Below, piece by piece: positions 27,923 to 36,229 of a DNA stretch of 36,229 nucleotides; the stretch's first letter is position 1, and every line of letters starts with the position of its first letter. Location: NCBI GenBank assembly GCA_039680575.1, contig JBDKSP010000062.1:1-36229 (forward strand). The letters run 5' to 3'. The notes beneath the pieces were generated by a model that was not told the origin of the DNA, ran no database searches, and saw only the letters and a program-made list of their open reading frames with translations. The position numbers and the translations under genes were made by a program. Source of the stretch: Armatimonadota bacterium. GTDB lineage: Bacteria; Armatimonadota; UBA5829; DTLH01.

Positions 27923-28822
27923 ATGGAAAAGGACCTCGACAGGTTTATCGACTATCTTAAGATCGTAAAAAGAGTGTCCCCTCACACGCTTCGCAGTTAC
28001 TCCAGCGATATTGTACAGTTTCTGGAGTTCGCAAAGGAAGCTCAGACCGAGACTTGGGACTATCCGCTGATCCGCAGGTTCCTTGCTCATCTCCAAAGGC
28101 AGGGGTGCGAAAAGACATCTGTTGCGCGAAAGATTGCGGCGCTTCGATCCTTCTTCACGTATCTCGTTAGAAAAGGTGTCCTCGACGCAGACCCTACGTC
28201 GGGTGTAGTCCCGCCCAGGAAAGAAAAGAAGCTGCCTAAATTCTTAAGAGAAGAACAGATAGATGTAATCCTCGAAGCGCCTGATCCATCCGAACCCCTG
28301 GGACTGCGGGACAGAGCCGTCCTGGAGACACTATATGCCACCGGACTCCGCGTAAGCGAACTCGTGGCTATGGATCTCGATGATATTGGTGAAACCGATG
28401 AGGTAAGGACCGTCGGAAAGGGTTCCAAGGAGCGTGTAGTGCTGCTCGGAAGGGCTGCGATGGAGGCTATAGCGGAATATATATCAGCCGCACGCCCAAT
28501 ACTCGCTGTAAAATCACAAGACCAGTGCAGCGCGCTGTTTCTCAACTACAGGGGCGGCAGATTGACGGCAAGAAGTGTTGGGAGAATTGTCGATAAATAC
28601 GTAGCGATGGTCTCCGATTCACTCAAGATCAGCCCGCATTCGCTTCGGCATACGTTTGCGACACATCTTCTTGCACATGGAGCGGATTTGAGGTCCGTCC
28701 AGGAACTGTTGGGACACGAAAGCGCATCGACTACACAGATTTATACTCACGTTACGCGGGAACGATTAAAAGAGGTCTATGACAGGGCACATCCCCGCGC
28801 AAAGACCGAGGAGGCTACATAA
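27923..28822 (+). CDS. xerC: Tyrosine recombinase XerC/CodV
   Basis: [57 protein letters not shown]; directly upstream of hslVU. Confidence 0.88.
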   Translation: MEKDLDRFIDYLKIVKRVSPHTLRSYSSDIVQFLEFAKEAQTETWDYPLIRRFLAHLQRQGCEKTSVARKIAALRSFFTYLVRKGVLDADPTSGVVPPRKEKKLPKFLREEQIDVILEAPDPSEPLGLRDRAVLETLYATGLRVSELVAMDLDDIGETDEVRTVGKGSKERVVLLGRAAMEAIAEYISAARPILAVKSQDQCSALFLNYRGGRLTARSVGRIVDKYVAMVSDSLKISPHSLRHTFATHLLAHGADLRSVQELLGHESASTTQIYTHVTRERLKEVYDRAHPRAKTEEAT

Positions 28823-28826
28823 AAAC

Positions 28827-29357
28827 ATGCAGATGCACGGCACAACGATAGTTGCGGTAAAAAAAGACGGTAAAGTAGCCGTCGGCGGTGACGGACAAGT
28901 AACTCTTGAAAACACTATTATGAAACAGTCCGCCAGAAAAGTCCGTAGAATATATCAGGACAAAGTGGTCGTCGGGTTCGCGGGTTCCGTTGCCGATGCA
29001 CAGGCGCTTACTGATAAGTTCGAATCGAAGCTCCAGGAGTCTCATGGCAATCTTCGCCGCGCACTGATAGAGTTCGCAAAAGAATGGCGGACTGACAGGG
29101 TCCTCCGAAGGCTTGAGGCGATTATGATCGTTGCCGACCCACAGTATTTACTGGTCATATCTGGAAATGGCGAAGTATTGGAACCTGATGATGATATAGC
29201 GGCAATCGGCTCCGGCGGCGGCTTTGCTCTTGCAGCGGCACGCGCGCTGCGTGCGCATACTGACCTGTCCGCGAAAGAAATAGTCGAGGAAGCATTAAAA
29301 GTTGCTTCAAGCATATGTATATATACGAATGATAAACTCACTATCGAGGAGATATAA
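28827..29357 (+). CDS. hslV: ATP-dependent protease peptidase subunit HslV (ClpQ)
   Basis: HG|TTIVAV Ntn threonine, [33 protein letters not shown]. Confidence 0.97.
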   Translation: MQMHGTTIVAVKKDGKVAVGGDGQVTLENTIMKQSARKVRRIYQDKVVVGFAGSVADAQALTDKFESKLQESHGNLRRALIEFAKEWRTDRVLRRLEAIMIVADPQYLLVISGNGEVLEPDDDIAAIGSGGGFALAAARALRAHTDLSAKEIVEEALKVASSICIYTNDKLTIEEI

Positions 29358-29375
29358 GGATTTTGGAGAATAACT

Positions 29376-30833
29376 GTGGTTAATGCAGATCAATTGACAC
29401 CTAAACGAATTGTCGAAGAACTCGACAGATATATAATCGGCCAGGACAAAGCAAAACGAGCGGTTGCCGTAGCGCTCAGGAACAGATACCGCCGACGTAT
29501 GCTCTCTGACGAACTAAGGGAAGAAGTCATCCCGAAGAATATCCTGATGATCGGGCCGACGGGCGTCGGGAAGACCGAGATAGCGCGAAGGCTGGCAAGC
29601 CTCACTGCAGCGCCGTTTATAAAAGTAGAGGCTACCAAGTTTACCGAGGTCGGATATGTCGGGCGCGATGTCGATTCTATGGTTCGTGACCTCGTACAGC
29701 TTGCAGTTCGGATGGTTGAAAACAAGAAGATCGAAGAAGTGAAACCAAGGGCTGAAGAGGCGGCTATAGATCAAATACTCGACCTTCTGGAGCCTCCGCT
29801 GAGGCATCCCAGGCAAGCTGCATCGCGTCAGCCGTGGCTTGAAGCGCTGGGCAATATGTTCCCTGGCACATATCAGGAGGAACCGCCTAAGGAACCTGCG
29901 GAAACGGCTGCGGAAGAGGAAGACTACAGGTCTGCAGCGGAAAGAAAACAACGGATCAGGCAAAAACTCCGCGACCAGCTTGTTTCGGGATTCCTCGATG
30001 ACAAGCAGATAGAAGTAGAGGTCGAGGAAAGCGCAAGTCCTTTTCTCCAGGTCTTTACCCAGCAGGGAATGGAAGAGATGGGGATGGACCTGCCGGGAAT
30101 GCTCGGCAATATGATGCCGAAGAAAAAGAAAACACGAAAAGTTACCATCGCTGAGGCCCGCAAGATACTCGCGGATGAGGCCGCGCGCGGGATGATAGAC
30201 CACGACCAGGTCACACGGGAAGCGGTAGAACGAACGGAGCAGTCCGGGATTATTTTTGTCGATGAAATGGACAAAATAGCAGGACGTGAACGCGGCGGCG
30301 ATGGCGGAGGACCACAGGTCTCCCGCGAAGGCGTCCAACGGGACATCCTGCCGATCATAGAAGGCTCTACTGTCATTACGAAGTACGGTCCGGTAAGCAC
30401 GAACCACATTCTATTCATCGCAGCCGGAGCTTTCCACGTCTCAAAGCCATCCGATCTGATCCCTGAACTTCAGGGACGGCTTCCGATAAGAGTAGAACTG
30501 GACAGCCTGTCGGAAGAGGACTTCGTCCGAATCCTGACAGAGCCGAAAAACGCGCTGATAAAGCAATATATAGCGCTTTTGGAGACAGAAGGAGTCGAGC
30601 TGGAGTTTACGGAGTCCGCGATCTCGGAAATAGCCAAAATGGCAGCAGAAATAAACAGCCGTATGGAGAATATCGGCGCAAGAAGGCTGCAGACAATAAT
30701 CGAGCGGCTTCTGGAAGATATTTCCTTCGATGCGCCGGATGTCGAGAAAAATATAACGATAGACGCGGAATATGTTCAAAAGCAGCTTTCGGATATAATT
30801 ACAGATGAGGACCTGAGCAGGTATATTTTATAG
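29376..30833 (+). CDS. hslU: ATP-dependent protease ATPase subunit HslU (ClpY)
   Basis: [63 protein letters not shown]. Confidence 0.97.
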   Translation: MVNADQLTPKRIVEELDRYIIGQDKAKRAVAVALRNRYRRRMLSDELREEVIPKNILMIGPTGVGKTEIARRLASLTAAPFIKVEATKFTEVGYVGRDVDSMVRDLVQLAVRMVENKKIEEVKPRAEEAAIDQILDLLEPPLRHPRQAASRQPWLEALGNMFPGTYQEEPPKEPAETAAEEEDYRSAAERKQRIRQKLRDQLVSGFLDDKQIEVEVEESASPFLQVFTQQGMEEMGMDLPGMLGNMMPKKKKTRKVTIAEARKILADEAARGMIDHDQVTREAVERTEQSGIIFVDEMDKIAGRERGGDGGGPQVSREGVQRDILPIIEGSTVITKYGPVSTNHILFIAAGAFHVSKPSDLIPELQGRLPIRVELDSLSEEDFVRILTEPKNALIKQYIALLETEGVELEFTESAISEIAKMAAEINSRMENIGARRLQTIIERLLEDISFDAPDVEKNITIDAEYVQKQLSDIITDEDLSRYIL

Positions 30834-30870
30834 CTACCAGCAATCAGCCGTCAGCTTTCAGGAAATACAA

Positions 30871-30892
30871 AGGCCGGGGTAAATCCCGGCCT
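30871..30892. terminator. Bidirectional terminator hairpin after hslU
   Basis: AGGCCGGG-gtaaat-CCCGGCCT with short T runs on both strands. Confidence 0.7.
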
Positions 30893-30902
30893 GCTTTGCA
30901 GA

Positions 30903-31163
30903 TTACTTTCTCATATGAGCAGCCACGAAAGAATAGATAGCCCAAGAAAAATAAGTACTGGCTACTATTAAGTATAGTGTTCTTAGTCTTCTTACAACGC
31001 GTAATTCGCGCCAATTCCAACCATATTTTTTCTCAAACAAACCGCAAATAGTATTAGGCAATAGCTCACAAAACAGGTAAAAAAAGATAATTACGGAAGC
31101 AATAAGACAAAACAAGAAAGCAAGGAAAATTACCAGTGTATTGTCTAATATACTTTGCAACAC
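30903..31163 (-). CDS. Small AT-rich 2-TM hypothetical membrane protein
   Basis: Two hydrophobic helices; GGGAGG RBS before GTG; visibly lower GC than flanks. Confidence 0.55.
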   Translation of the reverse strand: MLQSILDNTLVIFLAFLFCLIASVIIFFYLFCELLPNTICGLFEKKYGWNWRELRVVRRLRTLYLIVASTYFSWAIYSFVAAHMRK

Positions 31164-31326
31164 AGGAGACCTCCCATTGCAGTCAGAATTGTATAATCAA
31201 ACGCATTTTCAAAAAAAGGCACACTCTCCACTAACCCGCTTGGGCAAAACAGCAGTCCGAAGCATCGGATTACAAGATTAGGCTATTATTACACATCCGG
31301 GATCAGAGATCTCTCTTATGCCAGTC

Positions 31327-31351
31327 CGGGCTGCATTACAAATGCAGCCCG
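31327..31351. terminator. Hairpin downstream of purO
   Basis: Perfect 11-bp stem CGGGCTGCATT-aca-AATGCAGCCCG. Confidence 0.6.
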
Positions 31352-31388
31352 AGTAAGAGAAGTAAAAAAACTGACAGATGATTGCTAA

Positions 31389-31994
31389 TTACTTCTCGTG
31401 CGGATTATACACTGCGAACTCATCCAGCCATGCTGCGGAGCATATCGGCCGTTCCAATGTGTCGAAGAAACCGCCGTTCACGACAAACTTCGCTGCATCG
31501 AGCGCAGTCGATGCGCAGAACGGATGATAAATCTCTTCTATAGTGTTGAGTTCATACGTGCAGATTACTTTACAGGATTTATCTTTCAGGTCGAAACCTT
31601 CGACTTCGATACCGTTGTCCCTGACAATCCCCAAATAGCCCTTTTCGGGCGTAACGATTCCGGCAATTCTCGGAGTGTTGAACTGATCGCGTTCATAGCC
31701 CATCTTGAAAAGTACATCGTGAAGCGCGGCTTCCGGTGAAGCGCCTTCCTCCATCATGCGATAGATGGGATCGGTATGGCTGCCATTGGAGACTACCACG
31801 CCGCCGCGCGATACCCGGATACAGTTATAGGCAATGTAAGGGTTCTTTTCTATCTCAGCCGGGTCAAGCGGTTGTATGGCAACACCCTCCGGCGTGATTC
31901 GAGCAACACGGTTTGGAAACGAGCGGGATGATACCCGATAAGCAACAAATGGTCTGTCTGTTTTTCCGACAACAACTATTCTACCGACGTACAT
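31389..31994 (-). CDS. purO: Archaeal-type IMP cyclohydrolase PurO
   Basis: MYVGRIVVVG, YRVSSRSFPNR, NPYIAYNC, VSNGSHTDPI, GYERDQFNTPRIAG motifs of the PurO Ntn-fold family. Confidence 0.9.
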   Translation of the reverse strand: MYVGRIVVVGKTDRPFVAYRVSSRSFPNRVARITPEGVAIQPLDPAEIEKNPYIAYNCIRVSRGGVVVSNGSHTDPIYRMMEEGASPEAALHDVLFKMGYERDQFNTPRIAGIVTPEKGYLGIVRDNGIEVEGFDLKDKSCKVICTYELNTIEEIYHPFCASTALDAAKFVVNGGFFDTLERPICSAAWLDEFAVYNPHEK

Positions 31995-32002
31995 CAAAGC
32001 CT

Positions 32003-32070
32003 CCTATTGATTTTCGTCAATTGCCGAAAATCTTCCGGAGAGTTTCAGGTATTATCTGAAACTCAGTAGG
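32003..32070 (-). repeat. Copy C (minimal, complete) of the two-hairpin element, forming the purO 5' leader
   Basis: Minus strand CCTAC-t-GAGTTTCAG-ataatac-CTGAAACTC-TCCGGA-a-GATTTTCG-gcaattga-CGAAAATC-a-ATAGG(AGG). Confidence 0.85.
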
Positions 32071-32081
32071 ATTTATGTGTC

Positions 32082-32143
32082 AGTTTATCACTGCTATTAA
32101 TCCAAGTCAACGCTTGACTTGCTCATTTATCCAGTGCTAGAAT
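32082..32143. promoter_or_regulatory. Back-to-back divergent sigma70 promoters (purO and STAS-HATPase gene)
   Basis: Minus TTGACT-17-TAAACT (32110-32082); plus TTGACT-18-TAGAAT with TG extension (32114-32143). Confidence 0.6.
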
Positions 32144-32231
32144 CAATCGGAATTAATTGCGAACGACTTTACGCCGCCACCGGAAAAGTGACGGCGTTTA
32201 CAGTGTTTGGTCCGGCTTGCCGGGAGGAACG

Positions 32232-33008
32232 ATGGCAGTAATTGATAGCATCGATATAATGCACTCTCCGATGGTAACACTCGTTGGCGAATTGGACTCC
32301 GATGGATGCGGAAGAGCAACAGATGTTCTCCAGAGGCTCCATGAGTCAGGCTATTATTCCCCTCAAATCGACCTTGCCGGAGTCCGATCGATGGACTCTG
32401 AAGGGATTCTTGCAGTTATCAGGTGGTGCAATCAGTTCAGCGAAAGCCGTGGAGGGTTTAAAGTAATCTCGGTGAACCCATTGGTAAAACGCTTATTCGA
32501 AATTGCCGGATGTTCCGATATAATCCACCAGTCAGAAGAGTTCAGTATTCCACCACATCACGACCGCCAACCAATTACCGATTGCATTGCCGCAGCAGGC
32601 GATTGGGAACTCCGATCTTTTTCAGTTGCCGGCAGGCTCGATTCCTGTAAGATAGTCAGAGACAGGATAGATGAGACTGCTTCCAGAATGCGATTCACAG
32701 ATGGTGAACTGGGAGACATAAAACTGGCGGTGGGAGAGGCTATATCTAATGCGATCCGGCACGGTTGCAGCGAAAATCCTGATGCAAGGGTAACTATTCG
32801 AGTGCTCGCTACCATTGATAAACTGGTGATAGAAATGACTGATAATGGTCCCGGTTTCAACCCGGATGCCACTTCGGACTCATCCATGGAAGCATTACTC
32901 CCTGAAGGCGGGATGGGGATACGCTTCATGCGCCATTGCATGGACGAAGTATCTTTTCAATTCTTCGAAGGGACCACGATCAGGCTGATAAAACTCGTTA
33001 AGCCATAA
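32232..33008 (+). CDS. Fused anti-anti-sigma (STAS) plus anti-sigma kinase (RsbW-like HATPase_c) protein
   Basis: LVGELD...IDLAGVRSMDSEG STAS; LAVGEAISNAIRHG, DNGPGF, EGGMGIRFMRHCMDEV HATPase; GGGAGG RBS. Confidence 0.88.
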   Translation: MAVIDSIDIMHSPMVTLVGELDSDGCGRATDVLQRLHESGYYSPQIDLAGVRSMDSEGILAVIRWCNQFSESRGGFKVISVNPLVKRLFEIAGCSDIIHQSEEFSIPPHHDRQPITDCIAAAGDWELRSFSVAGRLDSCKIVRDRIDETASRMRFTDGELGDIKLAVGEAISNAIRHGCSENPDARVTIRVLATIDKLVIEMTDNGPGFNPDATSDSSMEALLPEGGMGIRFMRHCMDEVSFQFFEGTTIRLIKLVKP

Positions 33009-33017
33009 AACCCACAA

Positions 33018-35138
33018 CTATGCAGCCTTATCCATTTCATCCTTCAGCGATTTGAGCAGTTTTCTGAGTTTACCTGAGTTCTCCAGATGCTCAAGTGCCT
33101 CAAATATCCCTGGATCGAACTGACAGCCGACATTTTCTTTCATATTTCTAAGAACATCACCGGAGCCGAATGCAGCACGATATGCTCTGTCACTTGTCAT
33201 GGCATCGTATGCGTCCGCTACGGCGATTATTCTTGAAGCGAGCGGAATATCCTCGCCTGCAAGCCCGTCCGGGTATCCTGAACCATCATAGCGTTCATGG
33301 TGATACCGCACTATTTTCGCCACCTGCTTGAGCTGAGGCGCATTTGAAAGTATTTCTGCTCCTATGACACTGTGCTGTTTGATAATTGCGAGTTCCTCGT
33401 CGCTTAGCGCTCCTGGTTTACTGAGAATGTCGTCCGGGACTGCTATTCTTCCGACATCATGGAGCAGCGCTGCAGTCCTGATCGTGCTCATTTCCTCACC
33501 GGATAGCTTGAGATGCTGGCCTAACGCAAGAGCGCAAATGGCAACCTTCTCTGAGTGGCCGCGCATAAGCGGATCGCGCGCATCCACGGCAGCAGCAAGC
33601 GCCCTGACGGTTGAAAGACTGCCTTCTCTCATCGCAAGGTGGATAGTGACTGGGCCATCCGTGCTTGCAGGCTCCTGATCCTGCACTATATTGTAAGACC
33701 TTACTGCATTTCTGGATGTATTCTTTGCCGCGAAAAGCGCAAGGTCAGCAGCCATAATAAGCTCATCCCCACGCATTGCGTGAGTCGGATAGGAAGAGAC
33801 ACCCAGGCTAACAGTGAACTGGATTGAGAGCTTTGAACTGCTTCGTCCCTTTGTTCCGGCTACTTTCATTTCGAACACGGTGTTTTCGACCTTTTTTCGG
33901 ATACGCTCGGCTGCCGCCATAGCTGACCTCAGCTTCGTTTCGGGCATGATAACCATAAACTCTTCGCCGCCATATCTTGCAACTACATCCGTATCTCTCA
34001 CCATATCCTGTAAAAGATGCGCCAGTTGTCTGAGTGCCTGGTCTCCAACCTGATGACCATATTCATCATTGATCTGCTTAAAATGGTCTATATCGAGAAG
34101 TGCGATTGCAAGGGAGCGGCGATATCGCTTAGACCGGTTCAATTCCTGGCTCAATCGTTCCTGCAGATACCTGTGGTTATACACTCCCGTCAGTTCATCA
34201 ATCATCGCATGCTGGGCAAGTGTGTAGACTCTTGATTGAAACATAACCTGGAGTGCCATTATTAAACAACACAGAATAATTGCAATTGATACGATCTTGG
34301 TCGTCCTCGCGGCATCTATTATCTTGTTCCTGGGCGTAATCGTTATAAACGATGCGATAGGCTCATTATTCCAGTCCTTAAGACCATGCCACACATATAT
34401 ACGCTTATGATGATCGGTGCCTACACGGACCGCGGTACCTCCGTTTCTCATACTATCCAATTTATTTACTGATATATTCTTCGGAAGAAGATCCGCAGTT
34501 GTTTCGCGGTCATAGATAATTGGTTTATCACCGGCATACAAAGCCAGCCCCAATTTCGCGGTCGATGCGAGCTTCGATATGATTTCTCTATCCAGTAATT
34601 TCGCGGTAGTCAACGTTCCATTTATGGGACCTTTTCCGGAAGAATGCAATACCGGAGCAGCAGCTATCATATAAACGGAATTTCCACATCGAATGAACCC
34701 AACCGATTGTTTTCCCTTAGCAGCGGATGCAATGGCCGGCTGGCTCATAATTTTCTTCCTGAGCCTATCGTTCAAGCCGGAAGATGCGACGATATTCAGC
34801 TTTTTGTCTGTCAGAACAACGACTTCTATCCCGAAATGCTCAGGAAGCCATCCGATGAGGTTTTCTTCAAGCCACTCTTTATCCGGGTGATTAACAATAC
34901 TCCAGGTCTCATCCCAAAGCGAATGGTCGGTCAGGCATCTTTGAAGAGATATACACTGATCATTGAGCATGGATAAGCATATTTGCATATCTCTTTTGCG
35001 TTCCATGGATTCTTGCTCGTTGAATCGTGTGACTGCCATTCTGTAGCTCACGAAACCGTATATTAATAGAGGTATTATTATGATTAAAGGAAGTTTGCTT
35101 GCGGAAACCAGTCTATGGGTGCTTAGCTTGGGATGCAC
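33018..35138 (-). CDS. Membrane CHASE4 sensor - GGDEF - HD-GYP c-di-GMP enzyme
   Basis: DHSLWDETW CHASE4-like periplasmic domain between two TMs; DELTGVYN, DIDHFKQINDEYGH, RDTD I-site, GGEEF; HSEKV, HDVGR, HHERYDGSGYPDGL. Confidence 0.92.
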   Translation of the reverse strand: MHPKLSTHRLVSASKLPLIIIIPLLIYGFVSYRMAVTRFNEQESMERKRDMQICLSMLNDQCISLQRCLTDHSLWDETWSIVNHPDKEWLEENLIGWLPEHFGIEVVVLTDKKLNIVASSGLNDRLRKKIMSQPAIASAAKGKQSVGFIRCGNSVYMIAAAPVLHSSGKGPINGTLTTAKLLDREIISKLASTAKLGLALYAGDKPIIYDRETTADLLPKNISVNKLDSMRNGGTAVRVGTDHHKRIYVWHGLKDWNNEPIASFITITPRNKIIDAARTTKIVSIAIILCCLIMALQVMFQSRVYTLAQHAMIDELTGVYNHRYLQERLSQELNRSKRYRRSLAIALLDIDHFKQINDEYGHQVGDQALRQLAHLLQDMVRDTDVVARYGGEEFMVIMPETKLRSAMAAAERIRKKVENTVFEMKVAGTKGRSSSKLSIQFTVSLGVSSYPTHAMRGDELIMAADLALFAAKNTSRNAVRSYNIVQDQEPASTDGPVTIHLAMREGSLSTVRALAAAVDARDPLMRGHSEKVAICALALGQHLKLSGEEMSTIRTAALLHDVGRIAVPDDILSKPGALSDEELAIIKQHSVIGAEILSNAPQLKQVAKIVRYHHERYDGSGYPDGLAGEDIPLASRIIAVADAYDAMTSDRAYRAAFGSGDVLRNMKENVGCQFDPGIFEALEHLENSGKLRKLLKSLKDEMDKAA

Positions 35139-35225
35139 TCCACGTCTTGGTACATTTCTGTTTCTGATCGAGTTGGCCAGTTTACGATCCCCCTTGTGTG
35201 AATTAAATATCGGACTCTCTATAAA

Positions 35226-35252
35226 TTATCGGCATCTTTTGCCTGCATCTAA
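35226..35252 (-). promoter_or_regulatory. Sigma28 (FliA/SigD)-like promoter of the GGDEF/HD-GYP gene
   Basis: Minus strand TTAG-15 nt-GCCGATAA (perfect -10, imperfect -35). Confidence 0.5.
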
Positions 35253-35377
35253 AGAGAATCTAAAGACACAAATAACAATGTTTGGATACGCAGAGTGCAA
35301 GTCTAAAGAGCTTCAGTTGTGGGTCACATCTGTGAACACAGGTAGAAGATATTCGCAGTTTACGTAATCTATTGCTG

Positions 35378-36007
35378 TTATTGCTTTGTAATGGAAGTAG
35401 TAACAGTAGATACTGAATTGATGCATGTATGCTTGCGGGTGAGTTGCGGCATAATCATCCTGGTAACGACTTTGAAGCTGCCATGGGAATTCAAGAGCTT
35501 CCCTTGTGCAGCAGAGAAGTGAAAAACCGTTGATCCGCTGACATTCATCGACCCTTTTATATTACCAAACGAAGACCTGCCGGTTCCGCTATTCATGGAA
35601 GCTGCCATAACTGTCGCCAGGTCCATATTCGAGTTAATTGATTGCTTTATTTTCGAAGCTCTTAGTTTACCGAACGGGACTGAAACTGCAATCAATCTGC
35701 TGAATACGTTGATCCTGCTGTTTATATCAGGGATTGGAACCACTTGTTTGCAGGTGGTCCCGATGCTTATAGCTCTACCGGGAAGAAATAGCCCGTGGTG
35801 AGAGATACTTGACATAATGGAACTCAAATCACCGCTAATAATAGAATCAGATAGCGACCAAGAATTGTTACTTGTCGAGAGCAGTTTGCCGTATTTGGAG
35901 ATAGTTATGGTAGATATCCGATCAGGCAGCTTTTTTGTGCTTTGCCCGGTATAAGCGCCGGGCGTGACAGATTTCATGTTTATGAATTTCAGCTGCAGCT
36001 TAATACT
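35378..36007 (-). pseudogene. 3' portion of a beta-rich hypothetical protein gene, probably interrupted by the IS
   Basis: Frame stays open upstream of ATG 35977 (SIKLQLKFIN) up to the inferred IS end; no RBS. Confidence 0.55.
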
Positions 36008-36229
36008 ACTGGGTCAATTGTCATGTAGTGCGCCATTCTACGTAGTCTTCCGTAGAGTCTGAACGCTATGTAGCGGTCGGATGGTGCAGGCTCCCGAGCC
36101 GCCCACGGCGTGCCGCCTCTCTTTGGCACGGCGGCGGCGTTCTTGTCGCTTGCCGCCCCAGATAAAAGGTGTCGGATTATTGTTCCACCAGAGCGATGCC
36201 TTCTCCAGAGCATCCATCAATGCTCCGGC
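36006..36229 (-). mobile_element. Right end of an IS630-like element (transposase C-terminus 36038-36229, truncated by window edge)
   Basis: [35 protein letters not shown] resembles IS630 transposase C-termini (W-N-x-x-P-x-P-F-x-W); candidate end ...TTGACCCAGTAG next to a TA dinucleotide; GC rises at the junction. Confidence 0.7.

Noticed and set aside
27923..28822. Prophage or island integrase
   Set aside because: Housekeeping XerC-type sequence in the xerC-hslVU context; no att/tRNA site or cargo.
29514..30407. Long antisense ORFs (e.g. 297 aa opposite hslU; 8448-9131; 9470-10099; 349-1002)
   Set aside because: Shadow ORFs overlapping well-supported genes on the other strand, with no recognisable motifs.
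32003..32070. Known purine, ZTP, PRPP or glycine riboswitch upstream of purO
   Set aside because: Junction and loop consensus nucleotides are not found by eye; only a short GAAACTCTC glycine-like fragment. An Rfam scan is still needed.

Overview
Chromosomal window of roughly 50% GC (by eye) from a probably anaerobic, motile bacterium. Gene content and style suggest Armatimonadota or another Terrabacteria lineage, but this is inference only. Genes in order: exported ADP-ribosylglycohydrolase, nikR, stand-alone motAB, UPF0182 membrane protein, hsp20 plus D-2-hydroxyacid dehydrogenase, ECF sigma/zinc anti-sigma pair, rplY, acyl-CoA dehydrogenase/URO-D-family/etfB/ferredoxin-fused etfA, long ROK plus PIG-L deacetylase, ilvC, ispH, DUF512 Fe-S protein, two paralogous secreted proteins, KGG stress protein, type III glutamine synthetase, PfkB kinase, xerC-hslVU, archaeal-type purO, STAS-HATPase fusion, CHASE4-GGDEF-HD-GYP protein and the end of an IS630-like element. 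The most unusual signals are non-coding. (1) A two-hairpin element, CCTAC-[stem1]-TCCGGA-[stem2]-ATAGG, occurs at 12-177 and 32003-32070 and as a partial copy at 12035-12103. It has variable loops and overlaps the Shine-Dalgarno of purO and rplY. (2) Three promoters with identical spacing, GTTT-N16-GGGTA, suggest a SigB-like general-stress regulon. (3) There are also a GlnR-like box upstream of the GSIII gene and a FliA-like promoter upstream of the c-di-GMP enzyme.
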